Source: a virus (Duplodnaviria; Heunggongvirae; Uroviricota; Caudoviricetes). Taken from it: 64,000 bases of DNA. The position numbers were made by a program, and so were the translations under genes. Below the pieces are notes generated by a model. That model searched no databases and was not told where the DNA came from. It was given only the letters and a program-made list of their open reading frames with translations. The stretch covers positions 1 through 64,000 of IMG/VR virus record IMGVR_UViG_3300022305_001387. The stretch is one strand, 5' to 3'. This document shows, piece after piece, positions 20,250 through 28,924 of the stretch (position 1 is its first letter; the number at the start of each line of letters is the position of its first letter).

Positions 20250-21035
20250 ATGGCATTTCGTTTCGGAAATCAAATAATAACAGATGGTTTAGTACTCTAT
20301 CTTGATGCAGGAAATCCAGTTTCATATCCTCGTAGTGGTACTACATGGAGAGATTTATCAAATAATGGCAATAATTTCACTTTAACTAATTCTCCTATTT
20401 ATCAAAATTCAGCTATAAGATTTAATCTTGATGGAACAATAAATCAATACGCTACGTGTGTTAATAATACATTTGGTAATTTTGATACTCAAAATTTTAC
20501 AATAGAATATGTTGCAAATTTTCCATCCACGAATGGAGGATTCTCAGCAATATTGAGTAATAATCATGGAGCTTATCATGCTACAGGTTCAAATACAGTA
20601 GCCGGATATAGTTTAGGAATAATTAATCAAACATATTTTCAAGATAATGGATATAGAGCTAATAGTAATTCAGAACAATTTGGAGCTAATGCCACAAATA
20701 TGCCATTAAAAGACCAAATAACACATCAAGTTTATACTATTCAAAGAGGACCATCTAATGTAGACACAGTAACTGGTAAACTTTATAAAACTGGATCTTT
20801 GACTACAACAATAACATATGATATGGGACCGACTAGATACGCAACTACTGGTCTTAATCCTCTTGGAGATAGTAAAATATCTAATGTAATATATCCATTA
20901 ACTATGATGAAAGCCGCAGCAAATAACTATTATGCAAGTGGTAGCGTATACCAAATAAGAGTTTATAATAGAGTGCTATCTTCAACGGAAATTACACAAA
21001 ATTATATTATAACAAAAAATAGATTTAGAATATAA
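20250..21035 (+). CDS. LamG/concanavalin-A-like lectin-domain protein
   Basis: LVLYLDAGNPVSYPRSGTTWRDLSNNGNNFTLTNSPIY ... IRVYNRVLSSTEITQNY, typical of LamG-type domains. Confidence 0.55.
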   Translation: MAFRFGNQIITDGLVLYLDAGNPVSYPRSGTTWRDLSNNGNNFTLTNSPIYQNSAIRFNLDGTINQYATCVNNTFGNFDTQNFTIEYVANFPSTNGGFSAILSNNHGAYHATGSNTVAGYSLGIINQTYFQDNGYRANSNSEQFGANATNMPLKDQITHQVYTIQRGPSNVDTVTGKLYKTGSLTTTITYDMGPTRYATTGLNPLGDSKISNVIYPLTMMKAAANNYYASGSVYQIRVYNRVLSSTEITQNYIITKNRFRI

Positions 21036-21036
21036 T

Positions 21037-21750
21037 ATGGCAAAGAGTACAACAGAAGGAGCTGGTAGCATAGTAACAAATGGATTAGACATGTATTTAG
21101 ATGCCGCTAATAATAACTCATATCCTGGTTCTGGCACTACATGGTTTGATCTTAGCGGAAATAAAAACAATTTTACTTTAGTAAACTCTCCAACATATAC
21201 AGGCAAAACAATAGACTTTAATGGAAGTAGTCAATATGCTTTATGCGTTAATAATACTTTCGGTAATTATGGATCAAATAGTTTTACCTTTGAATATGCA
21301 ATAAGTATTACATCTTCGCCAAGCACAGGAGTAATTATGGTTAAAAGAGGCCAAATTACAAATATAGGAATAGATGGTTCGCCAGGAATATGTGATAGAG
21401 TAGGAGCAAATAATTTCTTTGCGCAAGATAATAATCCAGGCGGAGTATCAAATAATACTACAAATATAACTAGTCTTACATCATTAGCTATAGGAACAAA
21501 AGCACATATGACTTATACAGTAGAGAGAAATGGATTTGCCGCAACAGGAAGTAGATACCTCAATGGAGTATTAACAAATACCGATAAGAAAACATTTATA
21601 GGTAGCAATACTATTGATAATGCTAATACAATGCAATTAATGAATAGTAGTGCAGGAAGTATTTATATTATGAGATTCTATAATAGAGTTCTATCATCAA
21701 CAGAAGTCAGACAAAATTATTTATCAACAAAAGTAAAAGCCGGTATATAA
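21037..21750 (+). CDS. LamG-like lectin-domain protein (paralog of 20250..21035)
   Basis: LDMYLDAANNNSYPGSGTTWFDLSGNKNNFTLVNSPTY ... MRFYNRVLSSTEVRQNY. Confidence 0.55.
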   Translation: MAKSTTEGAGSIVTNGLDMYLDAANNNSYPGSGTTWFDLSGNKNNFTLVNSPTYTGKTIDFNGSSQYALCVNNTFGNYGSNSFTFEYAISITSSPSTGVIMVKRGQITNIGIDGSPGICDRVGANNFFAQDNNPGGVSNNTTNITSLTSLAIGTKAHMTYTVERNGFAATGSRYLNGVLTNTDKKTFIGSNTIDNANTMQLMNSSAGSIYIMRFYNRVLSSTEVRQNYLSTKVKAGI

Positions 21751-21751
21751 T

Positions 21752-22333
21752 ATGGCAGGAAGAACAGGACCAGGGCTAATAGGAAATCAAAGTTGGACAT
21801 TAACAAATCTCGATGTAACCACTTATAGAAACGGGGACATAATTCCCCAAGTGACATCTTTCTCTACGTGGGCCAATCTTACAACGGGAGCGTGGTGTTG
21901 GTATGGAAACAGTGAAGCATCGGGATCTAAGTACGGAAGACTATATAATTCTTATGCAGTTAAAGATTCGAGGGGTTTAGCTCCTATTGGTTGGCACGTT
22001 GCGACTCAAGCGGAGTGGAGTTCTTTATTTGATAAGTTTGGAGGTATTAATGCAGCAGCTCCTGCTTTAAGATCTAAAGGCACAGATTACTGGACTACAA
22101 ATACTGGAACAAATCAATCATCAATGAATATTAGAGGAGGTGGAGTTAGAAATAATATTGAAGTTGTTCTTGGTGATCAAGGGTTCTACTTAGAAAAAAC
22201 ATGGGCATACTACTATGCGAGCAACGCTACAAATCTATATCGAGTACAAGCAGATATTACTCAAGTAGTCGATTGGGGAACTATTCTAAGTACAAGATAC
22301 GGTGCTTATATAAGAATAATAAAGAATACTTGA
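21752..22333 (+). CDS. FISUMP (Fibrobacter succinogenes major paralogous, TIGR02145-like) domain protein
   Basis: IGNQSW..NL, AWCWY, YGRLYNSYAV, LAPIGWHVATQAEW, GGGVR, YGAYIRIIK match the family consensus as I recall it. Confidence 0.7.
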   Translation: MAGRTGPGLIGNQSWTLTNLDVTTYRNGDIIPQVTSFSTWANLTTGAWCWYGNSEASGSKYGRLYNSYAVKDSRGLAPIGWHVATQAEWSSLFDKFGGINAAAPALRSKGTDYWTTNTGTNQSSMNIRGGGVRNNIEVVLGDQGFYLEKTWAYYYASNATNLYRVQADITQVVDWGTILSTRYGAYIRIIKNT

Positions 22334-22388
22334 TAATTAAATTTATCCAAGATAAAAATATTGATTAAGTTTATCTAAACAAATAGTT

Positions 22389-22661
22389 ATGGCAGACTTC
22401 TCAAAACAATATTGCGACTTATACGATCCAGAAATGCCACACGATTTCGATATAGAAAAAGTGGCCGAAAAGTTAGACAACGATTATTACCTATCTTTTA
22501 TTTGCGAAGGCTTTGGCTTCAGTGCTATTGGCAAAGATAATGAAGGTCAAATAATACTTTATTTTAACAGTGATAATGATTTACCTCATGTTGGATGGGT
22601 AAAATATCAAGATTTTATTAATGAACATACAAAAAATCTCAATAACGAGACTCCTTCGTAA
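22389..22661 (+). CDS. hypothetical protein (90 aa)
   Basis: ORF preceded by AAATAGTTATG. Confidence 0.5.
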   Translation: MADFSKQYCDLYDPEMPHDFDIEKVAEKLDNDYYLSFICEGFGFSAIGKDNEGQIILYFNSDNDLPHVGWVKYQDFINEHTKNLNNETPS

Positions 22662-22716
22662 TTATGAACCCCTTTAGATTCTATCTAAAACAATTTTTAA
22701 ACAAAACAAAACAAAC

Positions 22717-23244
22717 ATGAAAAAAGTAGTATTATTTTTAGCTCTCGCAATCGCTACAACTATCGCGAGCGCACAATTTAAAAAAGCCGACAAATTCGTT
22801 GAAGGCACATTTATGTATTCAAAATCCACAGGAGTTGACGCAGAAACAAGTGTTAAACCAACTGTAGGTTATTTCTTATCTGACAGATTTGCAGCAGGCA
22901 TATTTGCAGTTGCGAGTAAAGATGCATCAACTAAAGACTTTGGTATTGGAGCATTCGGCAGATGTTATTTCGCCAATGTATCAAAGATCAAAGTATTTTG
23001 TCAAGCTGATCTTAGCAATCTAACAGAAAAAGACAATGCTACAGATGTCAAAGCATCTACTTTCTCAGCAGGTCTGGGACTTGGTGCCAATTATTTCGTA
23101 GGATCAAAATGGGCAGTTACAGCTAACGTGTCTAATTTAGTATCTTACGCTAGTCAGAATTCTAATTCAACGTTCTCTGTTGGATTCGACGGACTTACAA
23201 ATCCTTTTACCATTGCAAAATTCGGAGTATTATATAAGTTCTAA
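22717..23244 (+). CDS. small outer-membrane beta-barrel-like protein with signal peptide
   Basis: Signal peptide MKKVVLFLALAIATTIASAQ; alternating amphipathic strands; C-terminal ..FGVLYKF (aromatic terminal residue typical of OMP barrels). Confidence 0.55.
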   Translation: MKKVVLFLALAIATTIASAQFKKADKFVEGTFMYSKSTGVDAETSVKPTVGYFLSDRFAAGIFAVASKDASTKDFGIGAFGRCYFANVSKIKVFCQADLSNLTEKDNATDVKASTFSAGLGLGANYFVGSKWAVTANVSNLVSYASQNSNSTFSVGFDGLTNPFTIAKFGVLYKF

Positions 23245-23270
23245 TTAAATTTACGAAGGAGTTATTTCAA

Positions 23271-23301
23271 AGGAGGTCTGATTTGTCAGGCCTCTTTCAT
23301 T
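23271..23301 (+). terminator. rho-independent terminator-like hairpin
   Basis: AGGAGGTCTGA-TTTG-TCAGGCCTCT followed by TTCATTT. Confidence 0.5.
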
Positions 23302-23314
23302 TAAAAAAACAAAT

Positions 23315-24265
23315 ATGATAAACAAAATCGGTTATGCTTGTATTAACATGACTCTCGGTAAATCAGCTACCACAAACAGAGGCATGACACTCAAAACATT
23401 TAAAGCCAAAGGTCCAGATTATGTATCTGAATTGGCACTTAAGAATGCACAAGACGTTATTAAGATTCTTAAGTGGAATGAAGAACACGGCATAAAAATG
23501 TTCAGGCTCTCATCTGCGCTGATTCCATGGGGCAATGTAGTTGATATAGATTCTCTAAAAGACATAGACCAGATAGCCGCAGCACTCAAGGAAGCAGGCG
23601 ATTACGCAGCAGAACACGGACACAGAATCACTACACACCCTGGTCCATACACAGTTATTGCATCTACAAATAATATTGTAGTAGTAAATGCCATAAAAGA
23701 TTTAGAGATGCACGCTAAAGTATTTGATCTTATGGGTTTGAGTAAAACTCCATATAACAAGATAAATATACATGTCAATACAACTACAAACGGCAAGAAA
23801 GAATCTATGAAAAGATTCTGCGATGCCTATTGGCATTTGTCAGATTCTGTAAGATCAAGATTGGTTGTAGAGAATGACGATAAAGCGAGTCAGTACTCAG
23901 TAGAAGATCTGATGTATGTACATGAATTGATAGGTATTCCAATTACATTTGATTATTTCCACCACTCTCATCAACCTGGATCTCTCACAGAGGAACAAGC
24001 GCTGAAATTGGCAGCAACTACATGGCCTGAAGGTATCACTCAAGCTACTCATTATAGTGAGAGTAAAAGATTACACGAAAACAATCCTAAAGAAAATGCA
24101 CGTGCACATTCGGATATGGTAAATAGCTTACCTGAAACTTATGGACTCGACATAGATGTAATGACAGAATGCAAACTTAAAGAACTTGCACTATTACCTC
24201 ATATGGATAGCATTACTAAGAAATTAATCTTTGAAGATAAAAAAGAATCGTTTATATTTATATAA
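23315..24265 (+). CDS. uvdE: UV DNA damage endonuclease (UvdE family)
   Basis: Colinear matches to Bacillus UvdE: RLSSALIPW, INIHV, VVENDDKASQY, ITFDYFHHS, RAHSDMV, DVMTECKLKELALL. Confidence 0.85.
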   Translation: MINKIGYACINMTLGKSATTNRGMTLKTFKAKGPDYVSELALKNAQDVIKILKWNEEHGIKMFRLSSALIPWGNVVDIDSLKDIDQIAAALKEAGDYAAEHGHRITTHPGPYTVIASTNNIVVVNAIKDLEMHAKVFDLMGLSKTPYNKINIHVNTTTNGKKESMKRFCDAYWHLSDSVRSRLVVENDDKASQYSVEDLMYVHELIGIPITFDYFHHSHQPGSLTEEQALKLAATTWPEGITQATHYSESKRLHENNPKENARAHSDMVNSLPETYGLDIDVMTECKLKELALLPHMDSITKKLIFEDKKESFIFI

Positions 24266-24299
24266 ATAAAGCAAAACATTATTCATTAAAACAAAAATC

Positions 24300-24590
24300 A
24301 TGATTCCATCATTAATTTCTATGTTAGTTATTATTGCGGTAGTAACAACCTTGATTGTGGGTGTACAGAAATCTAAGAAAAACGAGATTCAAACTCAAGA
24401 TTACTGGAAACTAAAGTTATCAGAAGCTGAGGCTCAACAAAAAGAATTCGAAGAGTATGCAGAAAAAGTTCTTAATCAACCAAAAAAGAGAGCGGCAAAA
24501 ATGAAAGCAGAAACAGCTCCAATTGAAAAGAAGAAACAAACAAAAAAACCAAAGTCAACTAAAAAACAAAATACATATGAAATGCATTAA
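24300..24590 (+). CDS. membrane-anchored Lys-rich protein (96 aa)
   Basis: N-terminal TM ISMLVIIAVVTTLIVGV, K-rich tail. Confidence 0.5.
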   Translation: MIPSLISMLVIIAVVTTLIVGVQKSKKNEIQTQDYWKLKLSEAEAQQKEFEEYAEKVLNQPKKRAAKMKAETAPIEKKKQTKKPKSTKKQNTYEMH

Positions 24591-24735
24591 AGCCGTAAAA
24601 CCTACTAAACAAATTAAAGTAGGCGAAATGAAAAGAGTTCAAGATAAAGAAGCAGATCTTTCTGTTAAAGATGGATATTGGCAATACGCATCTAAATCAG
24701 AATGGAAAGCATATAAGAAACCAGTAATAGAATAA
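24577..24735 (+). CDS. small hypothetical protein
   Basis: Internal ATG 24577 of the track ORF 24523; 14-nt overlap. Confidence 0.35.
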   Translation: MKCIKAVKPTKQIKVGEMKRVQDKEADLSVKDGYWQYASKSEWKAYKKPVIE

Positions 24736-24760
24736 TTTACCACATAAAAAATAATAATAA

Positions 24761-25054
24761 ATGAATTACAAATTAAAAACATTTCCGCAAGTACAATGGT
24801 GGAGCGAGAGCAGAGATTTTAGTATTCAAGATCAAGAAGGTAATGTGTCTCATTTAAGAGTTACAGAAAGTCCTGAAGGCACATCAGTAAAAATATTTGA
24901 TGAACAAAATGAGAGTTGGAATGATGCAAATTCAGACGTTTTTTATTGGGTAGAAAATGAATTAGAAGTACAAGAAATGCAACTCGATCTCGAAAAAAGA
25001 GAACAACAACTATTAGAAAAAGAAAACAATCAACTACAAAACCAAGAAAACTAA
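24761..25054 (+). CDS. hypothetical protein (97 aa)
   Basis: ORF in track. Confidence 0.5.
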   Translation: MNYKLKTFPQVQWWSESRDFSIQDQEGNVSHLRVTESPEGTSVKIFDEQNESWNDANSDVFYWVENELEVQEMQLDLEKREQQLLEKENNQLQNQEN

Positions 25055-25245
25055 TGCCATTAGAAAATATTAACATAGCAGGATTCACAGATCAACCATC
25101 TAGTGTAGACTATAACGAAAAACCAGGTAAAAAGAAAGATAAAATGACAATTGAAGAAAAGACTCTAATTCTACAAGAATTACAAAGAGGCGATCTTCCT
25201 GATGGCGCAAGAAAAGTATTTCTTGATCTTTTACAAAACGGATAA
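25054..25245 (+). CDS. hypothetical protein (63 aa)
   Basis: TAATG stop/start overlap. Confidence 0.45.
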   Translation: MPLENINIAGFTDQPSSVDYNEKPGKKKDKMTIEEKTLILQELQRGDLPDGARKVFLDLLQNG

Positions 25246-25247
25246 TT

Positions 25248-25538
25248 ATGATAGAAGGAATATTAAATAAGTCTGAAAATAATTGGATAGTAAAGCATAA
25301 TAAACTTGTCCATACTTTAGTAGGCAATCATGATTACAAAATAACTATTGAAGATGCATATCTTGATGCTCATCCAGAACACATCATGTGGCTCAAGGTA
25401 TTTGGCAAAGAAGGCATGAAGGTTTGCTTTGAAGTAGAAACAATTGCTAAAGGCGAAAACGAATGGGATATTATGGATATAGACGTTGCTAAACTTAAAG
25501 CATGTTTTCCTGATACACATGAATATGTTCAAGACTAA
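25248..25538 (+). CDS. hypothetical protein (96 aa)
   Basis: ORF in track. Confidence 0.5.
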   Translation: MIEGILNKSENNWIVKHNKLVHTLVGNHDYKITIEDAYLDAHPEHIMWLKVFGKEGMKVCFEVETIAKGENEWDIMDIDVAKLKACFPDTHEYVQD

Positions 25539-25548
25539 AACAAAATAA

Positions 25549-26094
25549 ATGTTTGATAAACTAATAGCTATAATACAACAATTTGGAGCTGCAGCATTGC
25601 CAATCTTTATTGTAGATATGTGGGAAATGAGTATAGTTCTAAGAGCGGGAAACTTTCTAAAGATAGCAAAACCTGGTTTACATTTTAAAATACCTTTCAT
25701 CGATTCTATTTGGAAACACACAATCATAACGCAATCTTTACACATACCGCCTCAATCTATAACAACGTGCGATAACGAAAATGTAGTGGTTAAAGGGATA
25801 ATAAGATTTAAAATAAGTGACATCAAATTGTTTCTAACCACCATCACAGAGCCCAAAGACGTTCTAATAGATACCACAGCTGGCATGATAAGAGAGATAA
25901 TAGAGAACACAGATTGGGAAGACTTAGTTGAAGTAGACGAGAAACTAACTCCAGCTGTTGCCAATTTTGTTAAGAAATGGGGTATAGAAGTAGAAAAGGT
26001 GACACTTACAGACTTGCAAATGGCTAATTCAATACGAGTGATAAATGATAATATGTTTGGAGCTCATGCAATTCCACTAGATCAATCCAATTAA
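25549..26094 (+). CDS. SPFH/band-7 (stomatin/prohibitin-like) domain protein
   Basis: N-terminal hydrophobic segment, then KPGLHFKIPFID...TQSL.IPPQSITTCDNENVVVKGIIRFKISD, characteristic of SPFH domains. Confidence 0.75.
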   Translation: MFDKLIAIIQQFGAAALPIFIVDMWEMSIVLRAGNFLKIAKPGLHFKIPFIDSIWKHTIITQSLHIPPQSITTCDNENVVVKGIIRFKISDIKLFLTTITEPKDVLIDTTAGMIREIIENTDWEDLVEVDEKLTPAVANFVKKWGIEVEKVTLTDLQMANSIRVINDNMFGAHAIPLDQSN

Positions 26095-26106
26095 AAAATA
26101 TACTAT

Positions 26107-26271
26107 ATGGAATCATATGACATCTATTTTATTTCTATAATGTGTTTATTAGGAGTACTTCTAAACATTAGTATTAAAGATGAAGATATGAGATTGGGAA
26201 TAAACTCTATCATAATATTGTATACACTTGGATATATAACCCATATCATAGTTCAATACTCATTCACATAG
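26107..26271 (+). CDS. small membrane protein (54 aa)
   Basis: Two hydrophobic segments; directly downstream of the SPFH gene (possible membrane partner). Confidence 0.35.
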   Translation: MESYDIYFISIMCLLGVLLNISIKDEDMRLGINSIIILYTLGYITHIIVQYSFT

Positions 26272-26284
26272 AAAATACAAAGTT

Positions 26285-26560
26285 ATGCAAAGACAAGAAA
26301 AGATGGATTACAAATGGGATATTCAATACATGGATATAGATCCAGATAGTGGAGATACATCTGATCCCAAAACTGTGGCAACCACCAAATTTCCCAACTA
26401 CGCAAATATAATTCTCGATGCTTTTTGCAATCAAGACGAGAATCCAAACAGACATTATTTTATAGTCAAATGTATCAATCATTCTATAAAAGAGACTCAG
26501 TATAAACACGCCAAATGGTTTGATAACCATCAGCCATCATGGGATACAGGAACCAGATAA
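26285..26560 (+). CDS. hypothetical protein, paralog family A (with 30458..30664)
   Basis: Shared DIDPDSGDTS...DENPNRHYF vs DIDPDTGDVS...DDEPNRMYY. Confidence 0.5.
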   Translation: MQRQEKMDYKWDIQYMDIDPDSGDTSDPKTVATTKFPNYANIILDAFCNQDENPNRHYFIVKCINHSIKETQYKHAKWFDNHQPSWDTGTR

Positions 26561-26569
26561 AAATAAACC

Positions 26570-26770
26570 ATGTTAGAATTCAAGAATCCTATTCCAGTAG
26601 TAGTAATAGAAGGCACTAAAGATGGCTATGCTATATACGTAACGAATGGAGGATCTTTTGAGAATGATATATGGTGTGTAGTGCTTTGCGAAGGAGGAAT
26701 AGTTAGACACTATAGATCAGATCAGATAAAGATATGTCACAATGCAACATTAGATATTAAAAAACAATAA
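26570..26770 (+). CDS. hypothetical protein (66 aa)
   Basis: ORF in track. Confidence 0.45.
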   Translation: MLEFKNPIPVVVIEGTKDGYAIYVTNGGSFENDIWCVVLCEGGIVRHYRSDQIKICHNATLDIKKQ

Positions 26771-26772
26771 TT

Positions 26773-27351
26773 ATGAAAGAAACAACAAATGAACAAACCA
26801 ATGGAGAAAGGTTTGATGAGTTTCTAAGAACAATAGAAGGCTATCCAGAATTAGAAGGTACGTTTAATCTATGTAGTGATATAATAAACAAGCACGCAAA
26901 TGAAAGTGTCCCTCTTCCAGATAAACTCCAAGATGAATTGCTAAGCGTACGAGAAATGAAGAAGTTACATGTTAAAGAACAAAGATACGCACTCGCAAGC
27001 ATATACAGAGAAGCAGAGAAAGAATTGCAAAGCTTGATTATAAATCAAAGCCAAAAACCAGAAGCGGAAGAACCAACATGTTCCAACTGTCAAATGTTGT
27101 TAAGCGCCATCGGAGTCGGTCAAGGCTTGATCTGCGACTTGAACAAATGTCGTATCCCTCACAGCAAGCACACTTGCCAATACCATTTCAAGACAGTGCC
27201 AAAAAGTGCAACGAGTGCAAGTTTTGATAGCCAAGACATAACGGACGAGCGTATCTACGAGGAATCTGCAAAACAAGGTTATATGATGCTGGCAACTCAA
27301 TTGGCCTGGGAAGATGGAGCTAAATGGTGTAGGAACGAACTCAAGAAATAA
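26773..27351 (+). CDS. Cys-rich hypothetical protein (192 aa)
   Basis: CSNC...C..NKC...C motif. Confidence 0.5.
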   Translation: MKETTNEQTNGERFDEFLRTIEGYPELEGTFNLCSDIINKHANESVPLPDKLQDELLSVREMKKLHVKEQRYALASIYREAEKELQSLIINQSQKPEAEEPTCSNCQMLLSAIGVGQGLICDLNKCRIPHSKHTCQYHFKTVPKSATSASFDSQDITDERIYEESAKQGYMMLATQLAWEDGAKWCRNELKK

Positions 27352-27411
27352 TTAGTTGTAATTGATGGGAATAGATTATATTTGATATAGACAAAACATT
27401 AAACGTATAAC

Positions 27412-27687
27412 ATGAAAACAGGAACATCAACTCTAATGGACAACGTACTAAACAAAGACAGCGAAGCAAATAAATCAGGTAATTACGCAGAAGAATGGAT
27501 CATTAGTCCTCCACAAGAAGAAACTTTTACAGAACAAACTTTTACACTCAATACATCATTCACCCAAACCAATTTCGCAGGCTGCTACTCTGTAGGAGGA
27601 TTCAGTATTTACTTGGAAAAGAGACCAAAATGGTTACACAGGAAAATGATGAAGCTGTGTTTGGGATGGGAATGGATTGATAATTAA
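27412..27687 (+). CDS. hypothetical protein (91 aa)
   Basis: ORF in track. Confidence 0.45.
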   Translation: MKTGTSTLMDNVLNKDSEANKSGNYAEEWIISPPQEETFTEQTFTLNTSFTQTNFAGCYSVGGFSIYLEKRPKWLHRKMMKLCLGWEWIDN

Positions 27688-27707
27688 AACATTAAACGTA
27701 TAATACA

Positions 27708-27902
27708 ATGACTGAACAAGAACTACAAAACTTTCCACAAATGATATCTGCAAAAATGGTAGCTCAACAACAACTGATAGACTTGCTTACGAACCAAGTG
27801 GTAGACCTGAGTACGATGTCCAAGATCGAGATTGGAGACGACGTGATCGCTGAGATCAAGAGACTAAACGAAGAAATAGCCAAATTAAAACCAGAACAAT
27901 GA
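27708..27902 (+). CDS. hypothetical coiled-coil protein (64 aa)
   Basis: ORF; ATGA overlap downstream. Confidence 0.45.
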   Translation: MTEQELQNFPQMISAKMVAQQQLIDLLTNQVVDLSTMSKIEIGDDVIAEIKRLNEEIAKLKPEQ

Positions 27903-28177
27903 AACTAACAGAAGCAGAATGGCTTGAAGCCAATAATAAAACAGAAGAAGCAAATCCTGCCAAGCAAAAGGCGAGAGAGCTGCTACACAAGTTCTATTTG
28001 TCGTTGCCGAACAATGGAGGTTTTACAGGCATCAATAACATCAATGCCAGATGGGACGAAGGAAAGAAATGTGCCATAATGGCAATAAACGAGATAATAG
28101 ATGCTCTAGACAAATCCTTGATCCATTCAGACATAGAATGGTGGAAACAGGTTAAACAAGAATTAGAAAAGATATGA
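27899..28177 (+). CDS. hypothetical protein, paralog family B
   Basis: C-terminal W.QVKQELEKI shared with 28174..28443 (W.LVKQEIEKL). Confidence 0.5.
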   Translation: MKLTEAEWLEANNKTEEANPAKQKARELLHKFYLSLPNNGGFTGINNINARWDEGKKCAIMAINEIIDALDKSLIHSDIEWWKQVKQELEKI

Positions 28178-28443
28178 CAGAATATGAAGTAGAAACATGG
28201 TCGTCGTTCCATCACGACGAAGAAAGGATACTAAAAGCACAAGAAGAAGCAGAACGCTTATACAGTACGTTCTTGCCTTTAGCAAAAGGCGATACGTTAG
28301 ACGAGGTAAAGCACAACACCAAGCAGTGCGCCACAGCCGCAGCACGCATGTTGAAGGGACAGTATCTACAGCTGTGTACTGTAAAAGGACCGGCCAAATT
28401 AACCCATTGGGATCTAGTAAAACAAGAAATAGAAAAGTTATGA
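28174..28443 (+). CDS. hypothetical protein, paralog family B
   Basis: See above; ATGA overlap with the next gene. Confidence 0.5.
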   Translation: MTEYEVETWSSFHHDEERILKAQEEAERLYSTFLPLAKGDTLDEVKHNTKQCATAAARMLKGQYLQLCTVKGPAKLTHWDLVKQEIEKL

Positions 28444-28826
28444 CATCAATAGAATGGTTATATGCTGAATTAGCAAAAAATAATAACTCAAATAATTCAA
28501 TAAAAGAAAGGATATATAGACAAGCGCAAATATGGAAAGATGCAAAAGAAATGCACAAGCAAGAGATTGTAACTGCATTTTATGAAGGTCAAGAGTATGA
28601 GTACCAATACCATATTAACAATGCTCCTAAATTTGATTCAGAAACATATTATAAAGAAACATTTGTAAGTAAGGGAAGTGATGAAGCTCTTAAATGTAAT
28701 TGTAATGTAGATTCATTTCTATGTCAAATACATGGTACTTCTGACGGGGGAAACAATAACAGCCTTTTAAAACTAAAAAAGATTAATTATGAAAGAAGAA
28801 TTGCTGAAGTATTGCTACAAACATAA
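28440..28826 (+). CDS. hypothetical protein, MTSIEWL family (paralog of 35100..35483)
   Basis: Track ORF 28197 re-started at ATG 28440; shared N-terminus MTSIEWL and ETFVSKGSD/N; 3' end reads through the 19-nt boundary repeat. Confidence 0.5.
   Translation: MTSIEWLYAELAKNNNSNNSIKERIYRQAQIWKDAKEMHKQEIVTAFYEGQEYEYQYHINNAPKFDSETYYKETFVSKGSDEALKCNCNVDSFLCQIHGTSDGGNNNSLLKLKKINYERRIAEVLLQT
28773..28791 (+). repeat. 19-nt gene-boundary repeat CTAAAAAAGATTAATTATG (copy 1 of 4)
   Basis: Identical 19-mer at 29898, 35083, 35657, each ending in an ATG. Confidence 0.8.
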
Positions 28827-28924
28827 AAAAGAATATGTTTATGATGTTAGTCAACGTCAGTTTGATTCCTTAATTCTACTTATAGAAGAAGATAACATTA
28901 AAACTTATGAAGAACTAGCAAAAT

